From positions 2,240,001-2,304,000 of the forward strand of contig CAVZJV010000014.1 of assembly GCA_963775685.1 (NCBI GenBank): a DNA stretch of 64,000 bases, in the 5' to 3' direction. Position 1 is the stretch's first letter; every line of letters begins with the position of its first letter. The DNA is from Candidatus Bathyarchaeota archaeon. GTDB lineage: Archaea; Thermoproteota; Bathyarchaeia; Bathyarchaeales; Bathycorpusculaceae. Below are positions 39,497-49,072 of this stretch, piece by piece. Under the pieces are notes generated by a model. That model searched no databases and had not been told where the DNA came from. It saw only the letters and a list, made by a program, of their open reading frames with translations. Both the position numbers and the translations under genes were made by a program.

Positions 39497-42163
39497 ATGG
39501 AGAAAAAAGAAAAAATGCATTTTAAGAAAATATTATCTACTTTGATTTTAGTAGTATTCTTAGTTTCAACAATTGCGGTAATATCTATACAACCAGCAAC
39601 AGCACAAGCGACACAGAAAACCTATCCAATTGTCGATGCAATTCCTAACCCTGTCGGTGTTGGCCAGGAGACACTACTTAAATGTGGTATCTCAGAGGCT
39701 GCACCATCAGCATCTTATGGCTGGAGTGGAATCACCATTACCGTCACAAAACCAGACGGAACAACCGAGACTCTTGGTCCATTCACAACTGATGCTACAG
39801 GCTCAACCTACACCACATATGTACCAACCCAAATAGGAAACTACACCATAACAACAAACTTCCCTAACAACACATATCCAATAACAACCTTAGTATCTGG
39901 AAGAATTGTACCAACACAACAAGGCACTATACTTCTAGCAAGCTCCATATCAACGACATTGGAAGTAGTCGAATCCGTAGATATACAATTCTATCCTGGT
40001 CATGCCTTACCAACTGAGTATTGGAGTCGACCAATCGACCCAGCGCTCAGGGAATGGTATTCAATCTCAGGTAATTGGGTAGAACGACCATTCAACTCGT
40101 TTATAGAGTACCAAGGTGGCGCTCCTGAGACTCCCCACGTCCTATGGAATACCCCGTATGAGCAAGGCGGCATATCAGGCGGTTTGTACGATGGCGAAAA
40201 CAATGTAATTGGAGATATGTATGGGGGCGACGCTTACGAAGGTAGATTCGCAAACTCGGTCATTATCAACGGAGTACTATACTACAACACCCAAGGAAAC
40301 GGTTTATACGCGCAAGTTAGCATACCTGGAATTCAAGCAATGGATCTGCATACAGGTGAAAAACTTTGGTTCTTAAACAATACATTTCTGTCATTTGGTC
40401 AGACGATGTTTTTCCCAAACTACAACGTTAACGGTGTATGGAACTACCTCTGGTCAGTAACTGGCAACAACTACACAGCATACAGTACAAATGATGGCTC
40501 ATTCCAGTTCATGTTCCATAATGTACCCTCTGGCACAAGAATCTGGGGTCCAAACGGAGAAATCCTCATCTACCAAATCGATTATGCACACGGTTGGATG
40601 GCGCTCTGGAACTCAACATTAGCAGGTCAACAAAACGACGTTATCAACACACCATCCTATGGTAGCTGGTCCTTTGGTGCCTTAGGAATGGATGCAAACG
40701 GTAAAGGCTCACGCGACGTAGGCGGTCCTACAAACCCAATTAACGCAATAGGTCAGCAGATAAATTCAGACTTCCCAGTGACAAGATACCTAGATGGTTC
40801 AATAGACAAATGTTACACATGGAACGTAACCATACCCACAGGCTTAAGCGCAAACTATGTTAGAGCCTACCAAGGCGACAGAATCGTCGGTATGGCCTAC
40901 AACGATTCAATGGTACGCGTCTGGGGATTACCAATTGATGGGATAACTACCACACGCAACGCATCCATAAACACACAATCAATCTCAAAACTATTCGACA
41001 AGACTTGGACTCCCCCATCTGAATGGCTCGCAGGATCAAACATACTATACTACACTGGTGCATCAAACTATGTCACAGACGATACTTATGGCGACGGTGT
41101 CATTGCAGTTTTTGATAAAGAATTAACAACCCACTACGGCTTCAGCCTTGTCGACGGATCATACCTCTGGGCAACTGCACCTGAAAACTACCTTGACCTT
41201 TACGGTTCGGGTGCTGGTGAGCACACCTGGTACTTTGCTTACGGCAAACTCTACTCAGTCGGTTTAGCAGGTATTATGTATGCATACAACCTCCAAACTG
41301 GCCAAATTGACTGGACCTACGCACTAAAAGATCCCTACACTGAGCCAGTCACCGGTGAGAACTGGTGGGGCTGGATTGACTTAATTATAGAAGGCAAAAT
41401 CTACATTGGCACTCTCGAGCACTCTGCAAACAGTCCAATGCCAAGGGGTGGACCTTATGCTTGTGTTAACGCGACTGACGGTAGTGAAATTTTCCGTATT
41501 AATGGTTTAATGCGTGAGACTCGTTGGGGTGGTAACCCAGTTATGGGTGACAGCATCATCGCAGGCTACGATACATACGACCTACAAATCTACGCAATGG
41601 GCAAAGGCCCAAGCAAAATCACTGTAGCAGCGCCAAACCTTGGAGCCGCATTAGGGCAAAGCGTACTATTATCAGGTAGAGTAACCGACGTTTCACCAGG
41701 AACAACTGACCCACGCATTGTGCTACGGCTCCCTAATGGTGTAGCTGCAGTTTCAGATGATAGTCAAAGCCAATACATGCTCTATGTCTACAAGCAATAC
41801 GAGATGCCAACCAATACAACCGGTGTTACAGTTACAATCTCAGTGATTGATGCAAACGGAAACTTCCGTGAAATTGGAACAACCACAAGTGACTCCTCAG
41901 GTAGCTACAGCTTAAGCTGGATTCCAGACATTCCAGGTAAATACACAGTCATCGCGACCTTCGCAGGCTCTAAAGCATACTATGGATCATACGACCAAAC
42001 AGCTTTCGTCGTTGACCCAGCACCAGACGTAACAGCAACACCAACAATCACCACATCATCGATAGCTGATCAATACCTTCTGCCAGGAATAGTTGGCATA
42101 ATCGTTACGATAGTCATTGTCGGCATCGTACTTGCACTGCTAATGCTAAGAAAACGACCATAA
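39497..42163 (+). CDS. PQQ-like beta-propeller surface protein with C-terminal TM anchor
   Basis: Signal peptide, PNPVGVGQ, LPTEYWSRPI, DLHTGEKLW, IYAMGKGPS, C-terminal LRKRP. Confidence 0.9.
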   Translation: MEKKEKMHFKKILSTLILVVFLVSTIAVISIQPATAQATQKTYPIVDAIPNPVGVGQETLLKCGISEAAPSASYGWSGITITVTKPDGTTETLGPFTTDATGSTYTTYVPTQIGNYTITTNFPNNTYPITTLVSGRIVPTQQGTILLASSISTTLEVVESVDIQFYPGHALPTEYWSRPIDPALREWYSISGNWVERPFNSFIEYQGGAPETPHVLWNTPYEQGGISGGLYDGENNVIGDMYGGDAYEGRFANSVIINGVLYYNTQGNGLYAQVSIPGIQAMDLHTGEKLWFLNNTFLSFGQTMFFPNYNVNGVWNYLWSVTGNNYTAYSTNDGSFQFMFHNVPSGTRIWGPNGEILIYQIDYAHGWMALWNSTLAGQQNDVINTPSYGSWSFGALGMDANGKGSRDVGGPTNPINAIGQQINSDFPVTRYLDGSIDKCYTWNVTIPTGLSANYVRAYQGDRIVGMAYNDSMVRVWGLPIDGITTTRNASINTQSISKLFDKTWTPPSEWLAGSNILYYTGASNYVTDDTYGDGVIAVFDKELTTHYGFSLVDGSYLWATAPENYLDLYGSGAGEHTWYFAYGKLYSVGLAGIMYAYNLQTGQIDWTYALKDPYTEPVTGENWWGWIDLIIEGKIYIGTLEHSANSPMPRGGPYACVNATDGSEIFRINGLMRETRWGGNPVMGDSIIAGYDTYDLQIYAMGKGPSKITVAAPNLGAALGQSVLLSGRVTDVSPGTTDPRIVLRLPNGVAAVSDDSQSQYMLYVYKQYEMPTNTTGVTVTISVIDANGNFREIGTTTSDSSGSYSLSWIPDIPGKYTVIATFAGSKAYYGSYDQTAFVVDPAPDVTATPTITTSSIADQYLLPGIVGIIVTIVIVGIVLALLMLRKRP

Positions 42164-42220
42164 AAAATCTCAAACAAAAACAAACTTTCTCCTTTTTTAG
42201 TTTTTTTTGGAAAATCAATT

Positions 42221-42328
42221 GAGGCTGAGTAAGCTCTGAATAAATCTAACTATTGAAGCTGCAATCAAAAAGAGGTTTATGCATTTTCCTCTTTTCTCCT
42301 ATTTCGGTTCCGGAGCCTCAGCAAACCC
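42221..42328 (+). repeat. ~110-nt structured inverted-repeat element
   Basis: GCTGAG-TAA-GCTCTG...CGGAGC-CTCAGC arms with inner AAAAGAGG/CCTCTTTT hairpin; homolog at 60192-60291. Confidence 0.75.
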
Positions 42329-42397
42329 TGATTTTCTCTTAATTCGCTGCGGTAGAGGTTTGCCCACAGTGTACGCTGTATCATTTTTGTGCAGAAA

Positions 42398-42592
42398 CTT
42401 TCCGGGAAATTTTCAGGCGCGCCCATACGTTCGAGCCAAGCGGGTCCATGGATTTAACATTTTCTGCCTAATTGGATTTTCGAGGAACGTATTTCAGATT
42501 TTTCTAACGGTAGCTACACGTCCGTTCGGCATGTCCGTCATTTGCAACTCTATCGTACCGCCTGGGGGGAGAGGTTCAGAAATTCAGCTATT
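42398..42592. repeat. Degenerate ~190-bp direct repeat, copy 1
   Basis: Shares tttaacattt(t)ctgcctaa.tggattttt and cgcctggg...ttca.aaattca.ctatt with 43129-43318. Confidence 0.7.
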
Positions 42593-42670
42593 TAATGGAC
42601 TGTTTCAGTTTTGTTTCAGGTAATTTATATAAGTAAATATTAGTATATTATAATGTGGTGATGAAAGAAA

Positions 42671-42988
42671 ATGTCAACTGCAAAAATCGCAATTGTCCTC
42701 GCCGCAATAGCCACAATAACACTCGCAATCCTTGGAATCGCAGCAGCATCGCAGATAGCTCAAAATCAAATCTACTCTAGCACACAGGCAGCCCCAAACA
42801 ACGTAGCACCAAACCAAGGTTTCTGGGGATGGTTAGGCAACTGCTTTGGTTTTTGGGCAAATCAAACACCTAACAACCAATACATAGTTCCGCCAGTCTC
42901 CGCAACCAACACTACAGCACCTGCACCTTACCAACCATATCAAGGCGGCTACGGATACGGCTATGGACCCTGCTGGGCAGGCTGGTAA
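42671..42988 (+). CDS. Small secreted protein with Gly/Tyr-rich Cys-containing tail
   Basis: Signal peptide, GFWGWLGNCFG, GYGYGYGPCW; GGTGA SD. Confidence 0.75.
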   Translation: MSTAKIAIVLAAIATITLAILGIAAASQIAQNQIYSSTQAAPNNVAPNQGFWGWLGNCFGFWANQTPNNQYIVPPVSATNTTAPAPYQPYQGGYGYGYGPCWAGW

Positions 42989-43128
42989 ACAATAAGTCCT
43001 GCTCAGACAATAGTCCTTTGTTTTCTAAAGTTTTTTTAATAACCCTAAGTTATACGCGGCAATCTCCTTTAACGATATTAGTTAAAGCTCTGTATTCATT
43101 GATTGGTCGTGAGGACTTTTAACCCAAT

Positions 43129-43318
43129 ATTTTCCAAAAATTTTTAACGCCCGTGCTTGCAACCCTACCTTTTGCACGGGTTTAACATTTCTGCCTAAGT
43201 GGATTTTTGTTAGAATGTCTTTTAGGCTTTTCTGACTTTGGCTGTGCGTTCGTTTCCTTCGGTGTCCATGGTCCATTCGAGGGTGTCGCCTGGGTGTAAA
43301 TTCAAAAATTCAACTATT
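43129..43318. repeat. Degenerate ~190-bp direct repeat, copy 2
   Basis: Alignable by eye to 42398-42592. Confidence 0.7.
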
Positions 43319-43484
43319 CCCTCAGGTACTGTAGCTCTCAGCGACTTCGATTTGGGTCGGGCTATCGATGTTTTTGATTGAAGTGGCATGTGTATTTTAT
43401 GGTTTAGGCGCTATTTATTTATACCTATGTGTTGGCAGAAGAGTTTATATATAGTTTCGCACATTTTACGATATGTGAACCAAA

Positions 43485-43758
43485 ATGGCAACACAAATCT
43501 TGACCCCAAAACAACGGAGCGAAAAGATAGCCTCCGAAGACATCGTTCAAATCAATCCCCGAGTTTTCGTCAAATCCCAAACAAGCCACGCGGCTATTCA
43601 GTGACGTGGGTCGGCAAAGTTGGAGCTGCGACTGCCCAGATCACCGGTATCGCCAGCTGAAGTTCAAACATATCCACGCCGTTGAGTCCCAATTTGCGCA
43701 GGTTCCATCTAAACCGACATGGCCATATCCCCTGGGGCTTTGGGAGGCACAGAAATGA
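43485..43758 (+). pseudogene. SWIM zinc-finger protein, frameshifted
   Basis: VKSQT..YSV..WSCDCPDHRYRQLKFKHIHAV across frames. Confidence 0.6.
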
Positions 43759-43937
43759 ACTCTTGCCCCAACAGCGGCGGGGCAGATCCGAAGGCATTGG
43801 GAATAGAGCAGGTCAAATCCATGGGCGACAACTGCGCCGTCCTCGTCACCAAATACAAATGCAAAGAATGTGAATGCGAATTCCGCGAATACATGGTCAC
43901 ACACTGGCATCTCGAAGTCACCCAGCATGACCGATAG
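43755..43937 (+). CDS. Small Zn-ribbon-like protein
   Basis: GGAGG SD; CPNS...YKCKECECEF. Confidence 0.5.
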   Translation: MNSCPNSGGADPKALGIEQVKSMGDNCAVLVTKYKCKECECEFREYMVTHWHLEVTQHDR

Positions 43938-43961
43938 AGCAGTTGTTTATGGAGGCGCCGG

Positions 43962-44123
43962 TTGACGTGTCCCGAATGCGGAGCCCTAAATTCCAAGTTT
44001 CTCGGATTCACAGACTTAGGCAGCCTGCGGATTGTCCAATTCAAGTGCCAAACCTGCAAATGCATTTTTTCCGTTAAGACTCAAACAGAAACCAAGGTCT
44101 CGGAGCATGGACGTCGGGCTTAA
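43962..44123 (+). CDS. Small Zn-ribbon protein (53 aa, not in the ORF track)
   Basis: GGAGG SD and TTG start; MTCPECG...FKCQTCKCIF. Confidence 0.65.
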   Translation: MTCPECGALNSKFLGFTDLGSLRIVQFKCQTCKCIFSVKTQTETKVSEHGRRA

Positions 44124-44198
44124 GGCCCAAACATGCAACCCGCCTAGGGACAATGCATACATAAACAGCTATGTCACAGGCGGGAGGGCTTTAGGTAT

Positions 44199-44348
44199 AT
44201 GACCAATCAACTTGAGATACTTCTGAGCGATCTGACACCCGAGGCGCAAGCCAGAGTAAAGAATTTCCTTAAAATCAAAGATGCCGAAGAAGCAAATCTC
44301 GACGTCTTTCCGCTGTTTGTTCTGCCCAAGCCCGATCAATCATGGTAA
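44199..44348 (+). CDS. Small hypothetical protein (49 aa, not in the ORF track)
   Basis: MTNQLEILLSDLTPEAQARVKNFLKIKDAEEANLDVFPLF; SD upstream. Confidence 0.55.
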   Translation: MTNQLEILLSDLTPEAQARVKNFLKIKDAEEANLDVFPLFVLPKPDQSW

Positions 44349-44388
44349 ACACTTTAGACGAGTAAAAAAAGAGGAACGGATGTCCAAG

Positions 44389-44700
44389 CTACTCAATGGT
44401 TATTTTGAATTTGGCAGGCACTATTCCGACTGCTCTGCGAACATATAGGACCTTTCCCGCAAGTTTGGCAGCATCGACTATGGTCAAGAACTGATTACCC
44501 GGGCCACCTGAGCTAGCCAACATCATTCCAACAGCATTCTGGTCAAAATCACCCATGGATCCCGCGGAAAGCATAAGATTTGTACCTGACGTATTATTCT
44601 CAAAAACAATCTTCAAAACTGCGTTCGAAGTAGTTTGCACCGGTATTCCTGAGACAAGGTATTTGCCGTTTGCGCCGACCGTGCCGGTTATTATTAACAT
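44389..44700 (-). CDS. Hypothetical beta-rich protein
   Basis: 103-aa ORF with GGAG SD. Confidence 0.6.
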   Translation of the reverse strand: MLIITGTVGANGKYLVSGIPVQTTSNAVLKIVFENNTSGTNLMLSAGSMGDFDQNAVGMMLASSGGPGNQFLTIVDAAKLAGKVLYVRRAVGIVPAKFKITIE

Positions 44701-45007
44701 TTCTTTCTGTCTCCTGATACTTATAGAGAAAAACTCTTGCTAATAAAATTCACTGAAAGCGGGCACCAAGGTTTTTCGGGGTGGGGCGCAACTTTTTGAA
44801 AGCCTTCGCCATTTTGTCCCCCATAGAGAGAGAGCGGCCAACGCTTGCCTGAAAAACGCTATTCCTCACAATAAATAAAAAATAAATAATATATTTTGAT
44901 TTGACTCTATCTATCCCCCTCAAACCGTTGAAGGCCTTCAAATCGCCGGAAAATCCGCTCGTGTACTTGGTGTATAAAGTAAACCAGAAAAGGGCGGGGA
45001 TTGTCCG

Positions 45008-45140
45008 TGGCGGGCGGGGAGGGATTTGAACCCTCGACCCCCAACTTAGGAGGCTGGTGCTCTATCCGTGAAGATATCAAAACAAAGCGGGACCCCCCTC
45101 TTTGTAGAGAACTCTCCAATCCGTACTGAGCTACTCGCCC
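45008..45140 (-). tRNA. tRNA-Arg(CCU) with ~55-nt D-loop insertion/intron
   Basis: GGGCGAG acceptor, GCTC/GAGC D stem, CCAGC-CTCCTAA-GTTGG anticodon arm, GAGGG-TTCAAAT-CCCTC T arm, encoded CCA; A6-C67 mismatch. Confidence 0.9.
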
Positions 45141-45625
45141 TCTCCGAGACTGATGAAGCTACAAAGAGTAGACCTAAAAAGGTTTTTGGAGGTAGAGAAA
45201 AAAGAGGCTGAATTAATAGAAAGGCAAAGAACAAGAGGGCGAATTAATTCTATCCCTCAAGAGCTCAAAGTAGGAGTGCCAGTATTGATAGTTTGGGGAA
45301 ATTTCAAGAAAATAGAAACAGAAGTAAGATTCAAAAAAGAGGCTGAAAACGAAAATAATCTTCAATCTACAATTGACCAAAATTCAGCTCAGTCCAAGGA
45401 AAAAACTTAGCGATAACAAGAAAAAGCATTTCTTTTGTAAAGAAGTTGCCAAGAAATGAATTACTCTATGTCTGCACAAGAGTAATCAGAAAGCCGATTT
45501 TGACACCCCAATACTCAAAAACTGCGACGTAACAAGTCGACAAAATGGTAACTTAGTCCAAGCATGTTTATTTGTAATACACAAGTTTTTTATGGTTTAA
45601 CTCCCATCTCGCGTCAGGCGTAAAA

Positions 45626-46231
45626 ATGTTTAGATTTGCACAAGTACCGTCACCATCAAACAAGATGAAAAACAAAGCGAAAGCAAGCCAAATAATACCA
45701 GTTGTGATACTAATCGTGTCAATCGTCGGAGCGTTATATTTTACTGGTTTTTTAAATGACTTCACTGATACCTCTATTTCCGATGGAGGTAAACTTACTC
45801 CAACAAGAGACATAGAAGGAACATGGAAAACAGCAATTTCCACAAAATTTACAATCGCCACAGACTATGAAAACTTTGGTCAGCTCACAAATGCGGGCTC
45901 AGAAGACCGCACAATGACGTGGACCATAACGGGAACAAGCGACGAGCACACCGTAATTGTCGACATACAGTTTACTTATTCAAATAGACAATTAGTTCAA
46001 GGGGCCGGTTATACCCCTGATGTTTCACCAATGCAGCTAACAGGCACAATAAATGGAACACAGTTGACTCTAACTAAAGGAAACGTTGGTCCGATTGAGC
46101 AAATAGGGTTAGTTGGTGTATTTACTTTTACTTCAAATCAGATGGAAGGCACATGGCATGACCATTGGAATGGCGTATACGAACAAAACGTCTATACAAC
46201 AACCAATGCCCTAAAACTAATAAAACAATAA
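45626..46231 (+). CDS. Membrane-anchored hypothetical protein
   Basis: N-terminal TM helix followed by a Thr/Gly-rich beta domain (IEGTWK). Confidence 0.7.
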   Translation: MFRFAQVPSPSNKMKNKAKASQIIPVVILIVSIVGALYFTGFLNDFTDTSISDGGKLTPTRDIEGTWKTAISTKFTIATDYENFGQLTNAGSEDRTMTWTITGTSDEHTVIVDIQFTYSNRQLVQGAGYTPDVSPMQLTGTINGTQLTLTKGNVGPIEQIGLVGVFTFTSNQMEGTWHDHWNGVYEQNVYTTTNALKLIKQ

Positions 46232-46324
46232 TCTGCGAACCACAATTTTGAAAAAAATAATGCCCAATCTGTTAAGCAAAAACACCTCAGGTAAAATCGT
46301 TATCCAAAATCAATTTTCAAGTAA

Positions 46325-46621
46325 TTGGCTTATAACTCATTCGAACCTTTTACAGCGGGCAAGGGTCTAAGTATTCACAAAGCCCGAATGCAAGTTAGTA
46401 ATATGATTTATTATTTAGAGAATAATTTGGGGAATGAAATTACCTCTATGGTAAATTCACCTTATTTTCTTTTGTATGTTCCAGTGATTGTTCTGGAAGG
46501 AAATTTATTTGTTTATGAGAATGACCAATTAAGTAAAGCGGATGGTTTATTCTATCACTTCTCTCATTTCCAAGCGACTTACATAATTGACATAGTTAAA
46601 TCAACAATCTTTGAGAAATAA
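46325..46621 (+). pseudogene. Truncated hypothetical gene fragment
   Basis: LYVPVIVLEGNLF-type C-terminal fragment; AT-rich; no clear start. Confidence 0.35.
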
Positions 46622-46815
46622 ATAGATAACTTTGAACAAATAATGATTAATCTTAAAATCAAATAAAATATCAACATAACGAAATAGAAATCAATGGTAT
46701 CAGTTGAGTCTCAAAAAGCTTTTTACTAGAAAGCAACGTCACCACTATTACTGAATTATTGAAGTGAGTGAATGTATGAGTAGAATGCAAAAGAGTAAGA
46801 AATTACTAAGCCCTA

Positions 46816-46842
46816 AGGCTGGTGCTCTATCCGTACTGAGCT
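46816..46842 (-). repeat. 27-nt copy of the insert-free tRNA-Arg D-arm/anticodon-stem junction
   Basis: aggctggtgctctatccgtactgagct equals 45051-45068 joined to 45124-45132. Confidence 0.85.
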
Positions 46843-47144
46843 TCGAGGAAACGCTCTTTGGCTTTCTTACTTGCCCAAATTCCCGTCCAGCAACCTTGCA
46901 AGTTGGTTGGGTGTTATAACTCTAACGTTCAGGTTAGCGAGCAATTCAGAATATTTTTTCAAATAACGGTCGGCTGTTACAATAACTGTTTGCAAGTCTA
47001 GTTTATGATAGTGCTCAACCTTTTGGTAGTTCTCTTGCCTTTGTTTCTATCTATGTTCTTGATAGCGATTGAGCATTTATGGAGAAAACAACTTCTAAAA
47101 GCTTAACTTTACAGCAACAATAAGAACTCGGATTAAACAGAATT

Positions 47145-47519
47145 TTAAACTATCTTTATGTTTATGTCATCTATCGAACCGAATTTTTGATCACAAGTCA
47201 ACAAAAGCTCGTTGTTGGCAAGTGAAATTCCAGCTATAAGCAAATTGTTCTCGTTGACCATCTTTCCAGCTTTGCCAAGCTTCTCAAAAAGTGCAGCGGC
47301 TTCTCTTGCAGAAGCTCTATCGAAAGGACAAATCGTTACCACTGACAAAAACTTTTCCGCCATTTGCCTTTTTAGTTCGGTTTTATGTTTAAGTAATTCG
47401 TACTCTGTTATGGTTGTTGTTTTGATTTCGTCTTTCGCAGCGAGTTCTTTTATTATGGCAACAACTTTTTCGTCGCCTGCTAAGAAATCGATTATAACAC
47501 TTGTGTCTATGAAGGTCAT
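47145..47519 (-). CDS. vapC: PIN-domain toxin
   Basis: FIDTSVIIDF, ITEYEL, LLIAGI, LLTCD. Confidence 0.9.
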   Translation of the reverse strand: MTFIDTSVIIDFLAGDEKVVAIIKELAAKDEIKTTTITEYELLKHKTELKRQMAEKFLSVVTICPFDRASAREAAALFEKLGKAGKMVNENNLLIAGISLANNELLLTCDQKFGSIDDINIKIV

Positions 47520-47523
47520 GGGC

Positions 47524-47760
47524 TCACTTTAGTGGTCTTCCGTAGTTGGCTTCTCTTTCAGCCGTTATTTTCGACTTCAAGTGCTCAAGCTTTTCTTTTT
47601 CGTCTTTAAGAGCTCCTGCAAAGCTCATGATATCTTTTTTTCCTTCCGTCGGACACAGATTTTCTTTTATAACTTGAGAGAAACTCTTTTTGCCCTTCCT
47701 TTCTATCAGAAGTTCATAGACTTCGTTTGAAACTGAAATCTGCCGTGCCATCTTATGCAT
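47524..47760 (-). CDS. vapB: VapB-type antitoxin
   Basis: RQISVSNEVYELL..K..SFSQVI; directly upstream of vapC. Confidence 0.85.
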   Translation of the reverse strand: MHKMARQISVSNEVYELLIERKGKKSFSQVIKENLCPTEGKKDIMSFAGALKDEKEKLEHLKSKITAEREANYGRPLK

Positions 47761-48395
47761 TCACCTATACATAATATATAGATATCTGTAAATAAACAAA
47801 TAAACTTTCTTGGCTTAAACCTGAAAGTAGCCGAATGCCAAAGACAACAAAAGGCGGTTACTGAAGGACCCTAAATCCAATTAATACGCTTTCCTTAAGG
47901 GCACTATTTACGAGAAGTCTTATAATGAAAATCATTCCTATAATTGAGCAATGGATAGCACAAGCAAAGGTTCTCGCTACTTCTTGTTGTTATCTTGGCA
48001 GTTTCAAGGCTAATTATGGTTAAATTTGCATCTGCTAAGTCAATACCTCTGTGCTGGAATTCACTCTAAAGTTTGTTGACCATCCATATGATGTACCACC
48101 AACCTGTTAAAATAACCCCTACACTGGTAAGAGTATCGAATAATTTCACTGGAATAAGAAGCGATGGGAGCAACACCTAAACCGTCACCAATCTGAAACA
48201 TACACTTTTTCAACTCCAACATCTAAATCTCTAGAATTCCTTATGCTTTTATTCTTGTTCTTGCTTGTAGCTATACCCTTGATAGCGGCTTGTTAGCAAG
48301 CGTTCGTTTTTTGCAAAGTCAAGTAGACAAGGCTTGTTAGTCGAGTTCTACATTCAAAAGTCAAATTTTCAGTTATATTTGACTTTAATTATTTT

Positions 48396-48779
48396 TCACT
48401 TGGGGCAGTGCTGGACGCCTATTGTTGCAGCTTGTTTTAGTAGACGAACAAGTTCAAGCTGTACCTTGATAAAATCGCCTACTTCAACATGGCGGACATT
48501 CTCGTTCTGTTGTGAGGATCCTCTACTCTTCAACATTTCCGAATCGAGACTTGCACCCATAGCAAACTCTAAATCCATATGCTCCTGAAAATGGCTAATC
48601 CACGCAAAGTCTTTCTCGCCCAGTTTATATGTTATCTTACCATGCTTTACCATTTCAACGGTTTCTGGAACGGTGTTTTTGATAAGTAAGCGTAGGTTTT
48701 GGAGAGTTTCTTTTTGGGTTGGATTTAGACTGCCTAAAACTTCGTCGAATGTTAATTGTTTTTCCTGTGCTTTTGGCAT
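48396..48779 (-). CDS. DUF1801 (YdhG-like) protein
   Basis: LRLLIKNTVPETVEMVK, LEFAMGA, RHV, LLKQA. Confidence 0.75.
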   Translation of the reverse strand: MPKAQEKQLTFDEVLGSLNPTQKETLQNLRLLIKNTVPETVEMVKHGKITYKLGEKDFAWISHFQEHMDLEFAMGASLDSEMLKSRGSSQQNENVRHVEVGDFIKVQLELVRLLKQAATIGVQHCPK

Positions 48780-48925
48780 AATAGACTTTTGGTATGGGAC
48801 TTTTTATTAGTTATACTTTTACGCTGTCTTGAGATTCTTTTTGCTTTAGGAAGACTATTAGGCTTATTTAAAGCGTTAACGAGGGCAGAATGGGCTATAG
48901 AAAAAATTTGCAAAAAGTTTGAGCC

Positions 48926-49072
48926 GCCGGGTTGAATCTAAACCCCAAGGCAAACACCGTCAATCCAATAGCTCTTACCAATTTGCCTCCTTGATGTAAT
49001 CTCGGCTGCGCTTTAGCAGTGACTTAGCGACTAATCTGCGTGTTAGCCGTGAAGAATGTTCCTCAACCGGCA
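48926..49072 (-). ncRNA. Candidate structured ncRNA (~150 nt)
   Basis: Terminal stem GCCGGTTGA/TCAACCCGGC, internal stems CGGCT/AGCCG and AGGCAAAT/GTTTGCCT, upstream AT box, downstream T tract. Confidence 0.45.

Noticed and set aside
24332-45140. Repeats as a CRISPR array or classical integron
   Set aside because: Spacing is kilobases, the repeats are tRNA-derived, and no cas gene, intI or terminal RYYYAAC/GTTRRRY boxes were seen
44907-45234. ORFs overlapping tRNA-Arg
   Set aside because: Spurious translations of the tRNA gene
47950-48300. Signal-peptide-like and TM-like fragments
   Set aside because: Probably a deleted surface-protein relic, but too degraded to call
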